A stretch of 64,000 nucleotides of DNA from Octopus vulgaris (lineage: Eukaryota): assembly GCA_951406725.2 (NCBI GenBank), contig OX597831.1, forward strand, positions 81,096,001-81,160,000, in the 5' to 3' direction. Position numbers and translations under genes: made by a program. Below are positions 45,352 to 57,270 of this stretch, one piece after another. Each line of letters opens with the position of its first letter. Positions within the stretch are counted from its first letter, which is position 1. The notes beneath the pieces were generated by a model that saw only the letters and a program-made list of their open reading frames with translations, did no database searches and had not been told where the DNA came from.

Positions 45352-46122
45352 GGAAAATGAATTTCTTTTAGAAATTTCCACCATTCCACTCCAAATTCTC
45401 AACAGAAAAAAAGTGGTAGCAGGTGCGTGAGGGTGATATGATTATTATAAATTCTTTGAGTGAGGTAGAAGACCTTTCGTGTAAAGGGGACGGAAATTGT
45501 CGATATGGTGGATACCAAGTTATTACTGGTATTTATTTATCTAAATTTGAGCGCTGAATAGAAATGTTTGTCCTGGAAAATTTTTAACTAAGAAATATCG
45601 GAAATAAGAAGATATTCTGTGTTCGGAGTTCAAATCCCTCTGGAGTCAACGTTGGCTTTTCTTCTTTTCAAGGTCGATAAATAAAATACCATTCCACGGT
45701 AGTGGGTTGACGGAACTGTAAGAACACCGGAATAGATGCCTTGTGGTATGTATTCCAGTTCTTTGCGATCTGAGTTCAAATTCTGTCATGACCTTCATAC
45801 GTCGTAGACTCCATCCATAACATGGTTCAACAGCATCCCCTCCCACCTCTGGTTTCTTGCGTGCCCTTAGCGGAGTCTACTCTGCAACAAGCATTCGAAC
45901 CATGTCTCCAGTTTAAGCATCCTTTCTTTCCTCTCTCCCACTTTCACCACTCTCAGAGACCCTGTAAAGGGCACTGCTTTCCTTTTCACTAAAAGAAAAA
46001 GAAGCTGAATGAGAGAGCCTCTATGTGGTAAATCGATCTGCTAGAAATACAGCTTAATTTCCAATTAATTATCACCAACTATATCAAGAAACTGAAGAAC
46101 ACATTAAACTATGTAGTTTACA

Positions 46123-46182
<60 letters not shown>

Positions 46183-46293
46183 ATATAATGTATGTATGTG
46201 TGTGTGTATGTATGCATGTATGTATATATATAGTTGAAATATTTGTAACGATTAAAAAGCTGCCTAGCCGTACTTACCCTTCCTTTTGACTTT

Positions 46294-46380
<87 letters not shown>

Positions 46381-49300
46381 AGTCACAGCTGCAGTAAGTC
46401 TTATCCATCAGGGGCTATGAACCGTCTTGAAAATAAAGAACCTGGTGAAATAATGTTCGTTAACATTCAGACTTTCTATTAATTATCGTGTTATACTCAT
46501 TAGGTAATAAAAAATGTCTATGGTTTTTCACAATTTAAAAATGAGAGGCGTCAGCCGTCGCATCGAAACAAGCCATCATTATAAATTACCACAAGCAACT
46601 TCCTGTCCTTTGGTCAGATCAAACTCTCTAGGATCTCTGCATTGCAATTGTTGGAAGCAAGGAGTTCCGTGTTTTATTATAAAAACGGAAAACAGAGAAA
46701 AAATCTAGAAAAAGTCTAGAGTATCTGAGCTAATTAATTGATGTATTACATCATTAACAACTTAATTGCTATCCCCATAATGTAGTAATTTTAAATCACA
46801 TTAATAATGTTTATAACTATACAAACACACACTTACACACAATCACGCACACACACACACACACACTCACACACACTCTCCTATACACTTATACAGGCTC
46901 ACGCACACTCACACACATTATCTTTATAAAGTCCTTGTGTAATTTAAAATTTAAAATTTTTAAATTTTACTGGTTTCCTTCTCGAAATATGATGGAATTA
47001 ATTTGCAAAGAAAATTTCAAAGTTTGATTCATAGGTTTTATCGTCATTACTAAAAAAAAATTAATTTAATTATTGATATTTTAAGAACTGAATAATTCCT
47101 TCAAGCTTATTTTATAAGGGACCGTTAAAGACTGCTTTTAAATAGATGAGTTACGGACAGAATAGCTGATGAGATTTAGGTTGCTGCGGAAAACCAGCTG
47201 CAGAAACGTATCGACCCTCAGAATCACACAACAGTTTTTCTCTGTAATGACGGTTGTTCTCAAGAATAAATTTCGTCCAAAATCTAATAAATTCTTCCTC
47301 ACCTTTCAGGGATTAATTTTAACAAATGTAGAACTGAAATTGTACAAATTTAGAATCATGTAAGAATTTTATGGTGCCAAGGTAGAAACTGATTCTGAAA
47401 AATGGTCTAGCGGGGTTGGTAAACATAGTGCATGGAATATAAATATCAAAGGGTTGTATCTGCTGCTTTTTTGAAAGAAATTTCATCTTTCATCAGCATA
47501 CACTTTCAATAACCAAAAATTATTCTCGGACCATGCACTGGCATTTAATTGATTATTCTATCTGCAAAATACATTTCAAAAAATATACTTTGAACTCGTT
47601 CATTCCATACTATTTGTTGGAAGTCAGATCATTTCCTTGTTAAGCTGCAAAATATCTTTCAGAATTTTAGAAAACCATAAAAATATCACAGTTCCTTGAT
47701 GTATAAATGATAGGTCATTCAAAATTGTGGAGAAGAACAGCGAGCTCTGAGATAAATTAGATGAAACTGTTAAGTATAAATTTACCGGAAAACATTGAAC
47801 AATCTTGGCAGAGGCAGGGAACCTCATAGCAACAACAAAGTCTACTTCTTTCGAATTACTGGGAATACCTCATCCTAAGCCTTGAGATTAGTTTGGTGAG
47901 AACTATCTTGAAGTGAAGTCTCTCTTAGAACATATATACTTCACACAAAATTGGAATATCGGAAAAGATATTTGCCAAATGAAAAAGAACGTTTGCTTTT
48001 AAGAAGTATGAAAGAAATATGACGGGTACAAGAACCAAATGAGATTGAACCTGCAGTTAAAGTATTCTATGAAAGTCTGAATTCAAAAGGTTTATGGATC
48101 ACAAACCTAGGGTTTATCTCCTGGGATGTTTACTGAAGAAAGAAAACTGGTGGTTGAAGAAAAAATAGCATTTCTCAAAGATCTAAGAAACAGTTTTAGA
48201 CTGTAATATTGATTGATTCATCACTTAACGAGGTTATTTTTTCAACAGTTCCACAAAATCCAGAATTTATACAAATGGCAAAAAAATCTAATTCATGTTG
48301 CAATAAAGAAAATTGCGCCTGATTAATATGGCATCGGTCTTGAAGTCTACTAATATGGTGGCAAGGCATCGGATAATACTGAATGAAACCTAGTCTTATT
48401 GGATCTTACTAGGTCTTATTTGGTCCAACTGGGTATAACTTCGTCAAACTCTGCTCAATCAGAGGGGCTAAACAACACCAACCATAATAATTAGTACCAC
48501 GAAATACCACCTCACCTCCACCACTACCATCACCATCGCCATCATCATCAACAGCAGCAGTAAAAAATATAATAGCAACAACTCCATCCTCATCACCGTC
48601 ATCATCGCCGCCATACACACGTTCTGTCAAGAGACATTTATTAATAAAGGGACAACAGTTGATTGGGCTTAAGCTTAGTGTATAATATATATTTTGCTGC
48701 TTTACTGTGATTGAAAATTTGGAAAGCTATGATACCTTGGCAGCTATAGCTAACTTTGATTGAGTTATTATCAAAGATATAGCTGGATCTACTCTATCCT
48801 ATTTTTCAGGTTTTATGTACCTTTGTTTTTCTAAGATGGTTGAGAGTAGTTTAAGATAGATTTGGCTGATATTTTTAGCAGGTGAGGCACCATATTCTCA
48901 GAGAGAGAGAGAAAGAGAGAGAGAGAGAGGATATTCTCAAACCAGATATCTGCTTTCAACAGAGTAGCCTTCCCTAAAAATATCCACGGTGTAGAGTGGT
49001 GGTGGAGTTAAACTGGGGTAATAGATGTCTACCATTGAAGGATTCAAATTCTGAAATGGTGCTTTATTTATCGACCCTTGAGATAAAAAGATAAAGTTGA
49101 CTTTAGGGAGATTTGAACTCAAAGCACGGAGAGCTGGAGCAAATACCAAGTTCTGTTGATTTTTGCCAGTTCGCTGCCTGTGGTGGTGGTGGTGGTGGTG
49201 GTGATGGTGGCAATGACGGTGGTGGCGGCGGTGGTAGGGGTAGTGGTGGTGGTGGTGGTGATGGTTGAGGAGATAGTGTTGAATGTGCGTGTGCGTGTGT

Positions 49301-49384
49301 GTGTGTGTTGTTAGTAATGAAGAGAATAATATTGATAAGGTAGCGATTGCTGTAACAGTAGCATTGGTCAGGGACCAGTGCTAT

Positions 49385-49556
49385 GGTGGTGGTGGTGGCG
49401 GCGGCGGCGGTGCTGGTGGTGGTGGTGGTGGCGGCGACGGTGCTGGTGTTGGTGGTGGTGGTGGTGGTGGCGGCGGCGGCGGCGACGGTGCTGGTGGTGG
49501 TGGTGGTGGCGGCGACGGTGCTGGTGGTGGTGGTGGTGGTGGTGGTGGTGGTGGTA
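49385..49556. repeat. (GGT/GGC)n with higher-order unit ggcggcgacggtgctggt
   Basis: Direct reading. Confidence 0.9.
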
Positions 49557-50852
49557 GGGTTGTGACAGTAATAAAAGAAAGGAAGAATGAAAGAAATGGC
49601 GAAATAATTGATTTAAGAGAAAACAACTACGAGAAGAGATGTTAAAAACCAATGTTTTAATAGCAGACGATATTGGAAGATGGAGCTACGGAGAGGGAGA
49701 GAAAGAGGGAAGAGAGAGAGAGAGAGAGAGAGAGAAGGAGAAAGTTAGTGGAGGGGAGAGAGAAGGAAAGAAAGAGAGAGTGGAAGGGAGAGAGAATTAT
49801 GGTTTTATTGGATAGAAGTTCGAAATGAGATGGAATTGGTGAGTTTGAAGGGTTTCGCTTCGCTGCTCCAAACCGACCAAACCATACCACTACCTCCTCC
49901 CCCCCATTATTTTTACATTTACAAAGGAAATGGTGACAACTGTCAATTGGATTTTAAATGCATTCCATTCATATTGCTGCACTTAAACCTCCTCCTCCTG
50001 CCTCACCTCCCCTGCCCGCCCCGCCACTGGTTTTACAATGCACTTAAACACAACTATAAAATATTCTTACTATCGCAATACTACAAGCTGTTAAATACGA
50101 TTCTGCTGCAATGGCCGGCGATTTATGGAATTCTGTAAAGCCACCATTTGCAAAAGATGGCTGATCTAGCTTATAAACTTTCTCCCGCCGACAGCCGTAT
50201 GCCATGGCCTGTATACTGATTGTTTCAAACGTCGGAGTCAGTTAATTACTGAATATACCAAGTAAGAAACTGAACAGCCAATTGGTTCACTAATTAAGAA
50301 GTAGATAAAGAGTTAACCAACAAGGAAACCAATCAACAAGCCAATAAAATAACCATATGAAGCGATAAGCAATATGAACGCCTATACCTCTATGTGGTTG
50401 CTGGTGTGCTAGAAATAGGAATTATATCTTCCTCAAATATATGTGTGTGTGTGTATGTGTATGAATGTAATTTAACTATATATGTGTGTCTGCATGAGTG
50501 TATACAATTGTTTGTGTATATCTTTCTATGGCGTATAACGACGAAGGGTGTAAATCTCAGAAGAGAAAATGGTGCTTTTCGACTGAAGCCTGTTCCATAT
50601 TTGTTCTGCAACGAATTGCAGGCACTTTCATAGGAATATAATCAATGCAGAGAATAGTGAATTATGTTATTGGAAGCCATTAATTAGTAACTATTGATAA
50701 CAAATTACGATATAAAATAAAATAAAATAAGATAAATAAATATCTGATCACAAAATTGGATCGATCGATCAATACATCGAGCAGATATATTAAAACGGCA
50801 AAGATACATTTATATAACGGACTGTATAATGCTCTTGACATCACATACTGTG

Positions 50853-51257
50853 GGTGCGGGTGTGGCTGTGTGGTAAGGAGTTTGCTTCCTAACCACATAG
50901 TTTCAAGTTCAGTACCACAGCGTGGCACCCTGGGTAAGTGTCTTCTACTATAGTCACAAAGCCTTGTGGGTGAATTTGGTTGACGGAAACTGAAAGAAGC
51001 CCGTTGTACACACACACACACGCATGCACACACACACACATGATGTGTGTGTCTTTTTTGTTTTCCCCCTCATCACAACCGGTGTTGGTTGTTTACGTTA
51101 ACGTAACCTAGCTGTTCGGCAAAAGAGACTGATAGAATTAGCACAAGCGTTTAAAATGTACTGGGATCGATTCACTCGACTAAAAAAAAAAAACTCTTGA
51201 AGGTGCTGCCCCAGCATGGCCGCAGTCAAATGATTGAACCAAGCAAAAGATAAAAGA
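50853..51257 (+). mobile_element. SINE family A
   Basis: Homology to 39542-39955. Confidence 0.85.
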
Positions 51258-51799
51258 TGGAAGATAACTGAGAGTAACTACCTTTACCGAAACGATTCCA
51301 GCGAAGCAAATTCAATGACAAGATACCAGATTGTCATGTGACTAACTGCATAAATTTACATTTGAGGCGCAAGCTTTTAACGAACTGTGGAGCGGGATTC
51401 TATGGAACACAATTTAAACCTAAATGAATTGAAAGAAGTAGCAATGTTTGAGCAACATAAACAAGTACAGGTCTATCAAATACCATGTATCATACATTCT
51501 TGATTTACTAGAATGATCTTCGCCTGTAGAGGACAGTATCGCAATTACCAAATGGCAATTGAGACAAGCTCCACTTGAGATTCGTTGAAATGACCGGAAG
51601 GGAAAGGACAAGCTTATTGCTTGGCGAAAAAAAGGACAGTCACACCAGACACGTTTCAGCCTCAATAGCCCTCATCTGCCTGACAATTGACCGTCCTTCT
51701 TTCCAGGAAGCAAAAGTCTTAGACTTTTACAGGAAGGAGTAAAGAACAAAATAACTATATTAATATTAAACAGCCATGTTTAATATCAGATAAGAATGG

Positions 51800-52010
51800 T
51801 TTTAAATTCTAGTACAAGGCCAACAAGCTCGGGGAAGGGCGTCAGTCGATTACATCAACCCCATTCATCGACTGCTACTTACTTCATCGACTCCGAAAGG
51901 ATGAAAGGCAAAGTCGACCTCGGCGGAATTTGAACTTAAAACGTATTGCCGGACAAATCGCAGCGAAACATTTTGCTCGGTGTGCTAACGATTCTGCCAG
52001 CTTGCAGCCT
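51800..52010 (-). mobile_element. SINE family B
   Basis: Homology to 38127-38300. Confidence 0.8.
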
Positions 52011-52411
52011 TGCAACAAAAAGATAAAGAGGCATACGGCGATGAATTGTGAAGCGTTGTTAATAACATAACTTTATATTTCACAGATAATATACAGCTGT
52101 GTAACTGCTGCGTAAATTATTCATTATATACACTGATGTAATTACCTGTATAGTATCATAAATAATATATATATATCCAGGTATGTAATTAACAAAGTGA
52201 CTCATCGATAAGACAAATCAATGAAGTTTAATAATGAATTTACTCATAATTATCAACCAAATAAAGCCGCACATTTGATGGTTGACTGAACTGTTATGAA
52301 ATCCATCAAATAATTAAGAAAACAAAAATATTGAGCAAACTGTCGTCAACCAGAAAATCTCTCAGCTGCAGCCAACCACATATATAAACCATTAATCAAA
52401 CTAACCAGGCT

Positions 52412-52500
<89 letters not shown>

Positions 52501-52510
52501 CTCTCTCTCT

Positions 52511-52568
<58 letters not shown>

Positions 52569-52748
52569 CAGACAGACAGACAGGCACACAATGCCGGCCT
52601 TGTGCTAGACTTTTTGAAACCAATATTATTGGAAGGAATATACGAGGTCCTATTTTATGAAATTACATTATGGTCGATTCATGCATGTATATACATGTAT
52701 GTATATATGTGTGTGTGTGTGTTTGTGTGCGTCCGTGGGCGCGCGCGA

Positions 52749-52977
52749 ATATTTATATTTATATTAAGGGCATTATTATACATAAATGCCTCATGCTATG
52801 AGGACTCTTAATGTCAAAAGTTTTTTTTTTATTTTAAGAGTCCCTCATAGCACGAGGTATAGCGTGTGTAGTAATGCCCTTAATATTAATAAATATATTT
52901 TTAGGAATAATTAAACATTTTTCCTTTATGAGGTTTTTCACGCTGACTACTTGATAAATTCTTATAAAGATTTTATC

Positions 52978-52980
<3 letters not shown>
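52749..52980. mobile_element. Foldback element: arms 52749-52811 and 52834-52896, tail to (TA)n at 52980
   Basis: attaagggcatta..cctcatgctatgaggactcttaa versus ttaagagtccctcatagcacgagg..taatgcccttaat. Confidence 0.75.
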
Positions 52981-53013
<33 letters not shown>

Positions 53014-53017
<4 letters not shown>

Positions 53018-53206
53018 TGTTTGGAGGTGATGCACAGGTATTATATATTAGAAGAACTAAGGTACTCAGAAATCTGGATGGTTTTATATTTACAGAAGAA
53101 TCCACTAGAGTTGATGCAAGCGCTAATATATGATTTATAAAAAACGTGACATATTAATAAAAATCTGTAAATATAGAACCATCCAGATTTCTGAGTACCT
53201 TATTTC

Positions 53207-53217
<11 letters not shown>
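53014..53217. mobile_element. (TA)n-flanked inverted element: left tail 53014-53042, arms 53043-53096 and 53164-53217
   Basis: ~54-bp inverted arms with few mismatches. Confidence 0.8.
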
Positions 53218-53437
<220 letters not shown>

Positions 53438-53643
53438 CACACACATAGGAATAATTAAGATTCAGTTGAATTATGTACTTAGGCTGACACACCATGTCAG
53501 TCCGGTATTGTCCGCTCAGCTCGAAGTAAGGTAAATAAAAAGTAAATAAGTACCAAGGATGTCCAGTGGGCTACGCCCGTTTCAAGCGCGGCTCAATATA
53601 ATCGTCCAATTGCAAGCATTACATCAATTTGAAATATATATAT

Positions 53644-53980
53644 ATATTCTGTTGTGTCTGGGGAGAGTCATTCTCTTTTAGTGCCTTATAATTTAACACA
53701 CTCACCGGTAAAATTTCCACTCATTTCCTTCTTTATTTTTCTAAAATTTTCGTTGCGTCTTACAACTTTTTCAATAGAGAGTCAACAACTATTGAAAAGG
53801 TTGCAAGAGGCAACGGAAATTTTAGAAAAATATGGGAGGAAATGAATGGAAATTTTACCGGTGAGTGTGTTAGATTATAAGGCACGAAAAGAGCATGACT
53901 CTCTCTAACACAACAGAATATGCTTCAAGACACGAACTCACATAAAGAATCATGCAAACCGAATCTCCAAACGAAATGCG

Positions 53981-53983
<3 letters not shown>
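53644..53983. mobile_element. (TA)n-flanked foldback element: arms 53644-53777 and 53789-53921, 11-nt spacer, tail 53922-53983
   Basis: ~133-bp inverted arms, moderately diverged; hammerhead-like fold near the centre. Confidence 0.85.
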
Positions 53984-54047
<64 letters not shown>

Positions 54048-54264
54048 TTGTGTGTGTAGTGATGGTTTGATGTCTACTTAATTTGATAGTCCCAGGAAAG
54101 GGAAGAATGCTACTGCTATTTAGGCCCAGGAAACACCGTTTTCAGTTGGCCATGTGACACAAGCGTTCTGTGTCCTTATGTTTTCAAACAGGGGAGATAA
54201 GCATCTCCACCCAGCAAAGCCAACAACCAGACACTAGTTTCAGAGTCATTACTCTTCATCTGTC

Positions 54265-55165
54265 TGGAGTAGCTTGGCTTAGGGATTAATCTTCTCTCTT
54301 CGTTCCTTTGCGCCACATGGGCTCAACTCTCCACCCCTCTTTATCTAACCTCCTCTCCTCGCCTCTCTCACCCGCCTCTCTCCCTCTCACACCTACTTCC
54401 TCACACCCACCTCTCCTGTTTTGCACCGACTTCTACTTCTCTTAATTCCTCCCCTTCTCTCTTCTCTTCACTCCTACCCACCACTCCTTCCCCTTTATCG
54501 CCACCCTCCCTCGTAACCCCATCCCAGCCCTACACATTCCAACCCCACCTTCCCTATCCTTCCCATCCCATATACCCCCTCTACCTCACCCTCTGCCTAA
54601 CCACATACCTCACTTCTACCCCACCCTCAGCCTAACCCACACCCCACCCTTGCTTTCCCCACCTCCCAACACCATCACACCACACAACACATCACATCAC
54701 ACCACGCACACACTAGCACTGACCACTTCCCAGTCCCACATTTTCACACCTGCATATACACACACGCACACATGAAGGTCGCCATGGAGTAGCTTGGCTT
54801 AAGGATTAATCTTCTCTCTTCGTTCCTTTGCGCCACATGGGCTCAACTCTCCACCCCTCTTTATCTAACCCATGCGCACATACATACTCTCCTATACACA
54901 TGCAAGCGCCCCTTCGTTTTGGGATCACCACTACTTTTATTATCTCCCCTTCATCCTAGCTCTCCTGTGTGACCCTTCTGTCGGGCATTCGCCATGATAG
55001 ATTGCTAGCCACTACACATTCTTTATTTTCTCTCTTTGTTTCCCTCTGTGTTCCTTTCTGTGGAAGAGCGTAGGCTCGAAACGTTATAGACGGTTTCACT
55101 TCCCGAGCGTTAAACTAATGTATCTGTTTGTTGTCTACAACACCCGTCTTCGTCGTTTGTTTTGA
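54265..55165 (+). mobile_element. Penelope-like (Neptune-type) element 3' end: GIY-YIG C-terminus in two tandem copies, pyrimidine-rich UTR, hammerhead-like pLTR
   Basis: 54283-54348 reads GLIFSLRSFAPHGLNSPPLFI-stop (I+.L.+..P.GLN terminal motif), repeated 520 bp later; motif CUGUGGA-a-gagc-guag-gcuc-GAAA-cg-UU at 55058-55085. Confidence 0.7.
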
Positions 55166-55568
55166 CAAGACGTTCTTCTCATAGCTCCGGCCGGTCAGTA
55201 GCCAAAGAAGCATATTTCAACTCAAGCTAGCAGTAACTTACCTTGTTTTTAGTCCCAGAACTCTTGAATTCTACTATTCTACTATTTTACTACCATCGGA
55301 GGATAAATTTACACAAATTTATATACAACCTGGCGAAACAAATATAAACGAAAGTTAAAACAAAGATTAATTCTAAAACTAGGCCCATGAGTACAATTAT
55401 TTTCCCTTGATTTGTATTAAACACTCCGCTCATTCTGATTTGTACTAAATACACTGAACTCCCCGCCACAAACCCAGATATCGACACAAACTTTTCAACG
55501 GTGCATTCACTATTATACACCAAGTCATCAATAACTGACACACAGTGTATAATACTGTCCCACTGAAT

Positions 55569-55730
55569 ATGGCCAATAATTTTCCAAAACGCCACTGGGC
55601 AGAAAACGAAATCCGTGCACTGATAAACGCTTGGTACACTCACCATAACGATTGTGTAAAAGCTAATGTCTACGGTAAAATCGCTGAAAAATTAGCGTCA
55701 CAATCCTTTCACAGATCTGTAAAATTCTGA
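55569..55730 (+). pseudogene. Truncated Myb/SANT-like (trihelix/MSANTD-type) DNA-binding domain ORF
   Basis: RHWAENEIRALINAW..NVYGKIAEKLASQSFHRS fits W...E+..LI..W..+Y..IA..L....+.R+; cut by the LINE at ~55725. Confidence 0.6.
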
Positions 55731-56945
55731 TGTCATATATCTTGACTTCAGTAAAACGTTCGACAGGGTTGACCATAACATTTTACTCTCAAAATTGGCA
55801 AATGTTGGAATCCGGGGAAAACTTCTACACTGGATTAAGTATTTCCTGGCGAATAGAACACAAGACGTTGTGGTCGATGGAATCCACTCAAGCCCAGCAA
55901 AATCCACCAGTGGTGTTCCTCAGGGGACTGTCTTGGGCCTGCTCTTCTTTATAATTTACATAAATGACCTTTCCAGCGTCGTAAATCACTGCAAAGTGAA
56001 AATATTTGCTGATGACACTAAGCTCCTGCAAATCCTCAATGAAGAAGAAAACCGAACTCAACTCCAGTCTGATCTATATGCTGTGAGTCAATGGGCAGAC
56101 AGAAACAAAATGCAACTGAACGAGGGAAAATTTGAGCTGATGCATTTTGGAAAAAGGTCTATACTAAAACAGCCATCCCTCTGGGGAACCGCTCACGGCA
56201 TCTAATAATATCAGAGACCTGGGTGAAATTGTTGATAACAATCTCAGTTGGAGTGTCCACATCAACAATAAGGTTGATATAGCTCGTAGGATGAGCTCCT
56301 TTATCTAAAGAATATTCCGGTCCAGAGAACAAGGTACATCATTCCACTTTTCTCCTCCTTTGTACGGCCACACCTCAAATACTGCTGCCCACTGTGGTCT
56401 CCCCATACAAGACAAAACATCTCGAGGATTGAATTACCCCAGAGGGCACTCACTAAACGAACTGAAGGCATGACTGATTTAGATTACTGGGACCGCCTTA
56501 AAGCCTTGAAACTCTACTCTCTCCAACATCATTTGTACGGTGTGGAGAATATACCGCCAGCATTGCCCAAATGACCTAAACATTAGTTCATCCAAGGCTG
56601 GGACCATGGGCCATACGTCCCCTGCCCAATTCAAGATCACAACATATAGGTACACTGCGACACAATTTCTTTTCCTCAATAGGCCCTGCCCTGTTTAACA
56701 TTGTCCCGAAATTGTTTAAAGAGGAAAAGGATCCCATCACCTTTAAACGGAGTCTGGACAGATTTCTTCAAGGAATACCAGATAAGCCACCCATACCTGG
56801 ATACAACTCACTCAACAAGAACTCACTACTTGAATGGACTATAAACAAAACTTGACTTAAAAAGGATTTAGATAATCCTATCAGGTGGTGCTATTAAGTT
56901 AAACATGGCCTGGACCAATCATTGGTCGAAACATATCTAAGGTTT
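55725..56945 (+). pseudogene. 5'-truncated degenerate CR1-group LINE (RT to 3' tail)
   Basis: DVIYLDFSKTFDRV, SGVPQGTVLG, IFADDTKL, RDLG, YCCPLWSP; frameshifts; tail ends in (TA)n. Confidence 0.9.
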
Positions 56946-56990
56946 ATATATATATATATATAGCTATAGTTATATATATATAGCTATAGC

Positions 56991-57149
56991 AAAGAAGCCA
57001 CCTGTATCCGGATACAACTTACTCATCAAGATCTCACTACTTGGACCATGATACCGAAAACTGGACTTAAACAGGATTTAGATAATCCTATCAGGTGGTG
57101 CTATTAAGTTAGACATGGATGGACCGATCTTTGGTCGAAACATATCTAA

Positions 57150-57153
<4 letters not shown>
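56991..57153 (+). mobile_element. Second, short 3' end of the same LINE family
   Basis: Diverged repeat of 56780-56945. Confidence 0.85.
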
Positions 57154-57192
<39 letters not shown>

Positions 57193-57270
57193 TTAAATCC
57201 TTAAATCCTTAAAAATGTTTTAGCCCGAAGGCCGCGGCCATGCTGGGGCACCACCGCTGAATGAGCTACA

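Noticed and set aside
47166-47215. CTGATGA..GAAACGTA
   Set aside because: Core words present but helices I and II cannot be closed at the junction.
47400-48340. Possible decayed retroelement ORF (also 6120-6500)
   Set aside because: Composition is suggestive but no motif could be read with confidence.
51268-51300. CTGAGA-gtaa..ttac-c-GAAA-cgat-TC
   Set aside because: Core one base short and no helix I.
56909-56942. Hairpin followed by GAAAC at LINE and SINE tails (also 57122-57150, 39909-39930)
   Set aside because: No CUGANGA-type core upstream; this is the LINE 3' stem-loop, not a hammerhead.
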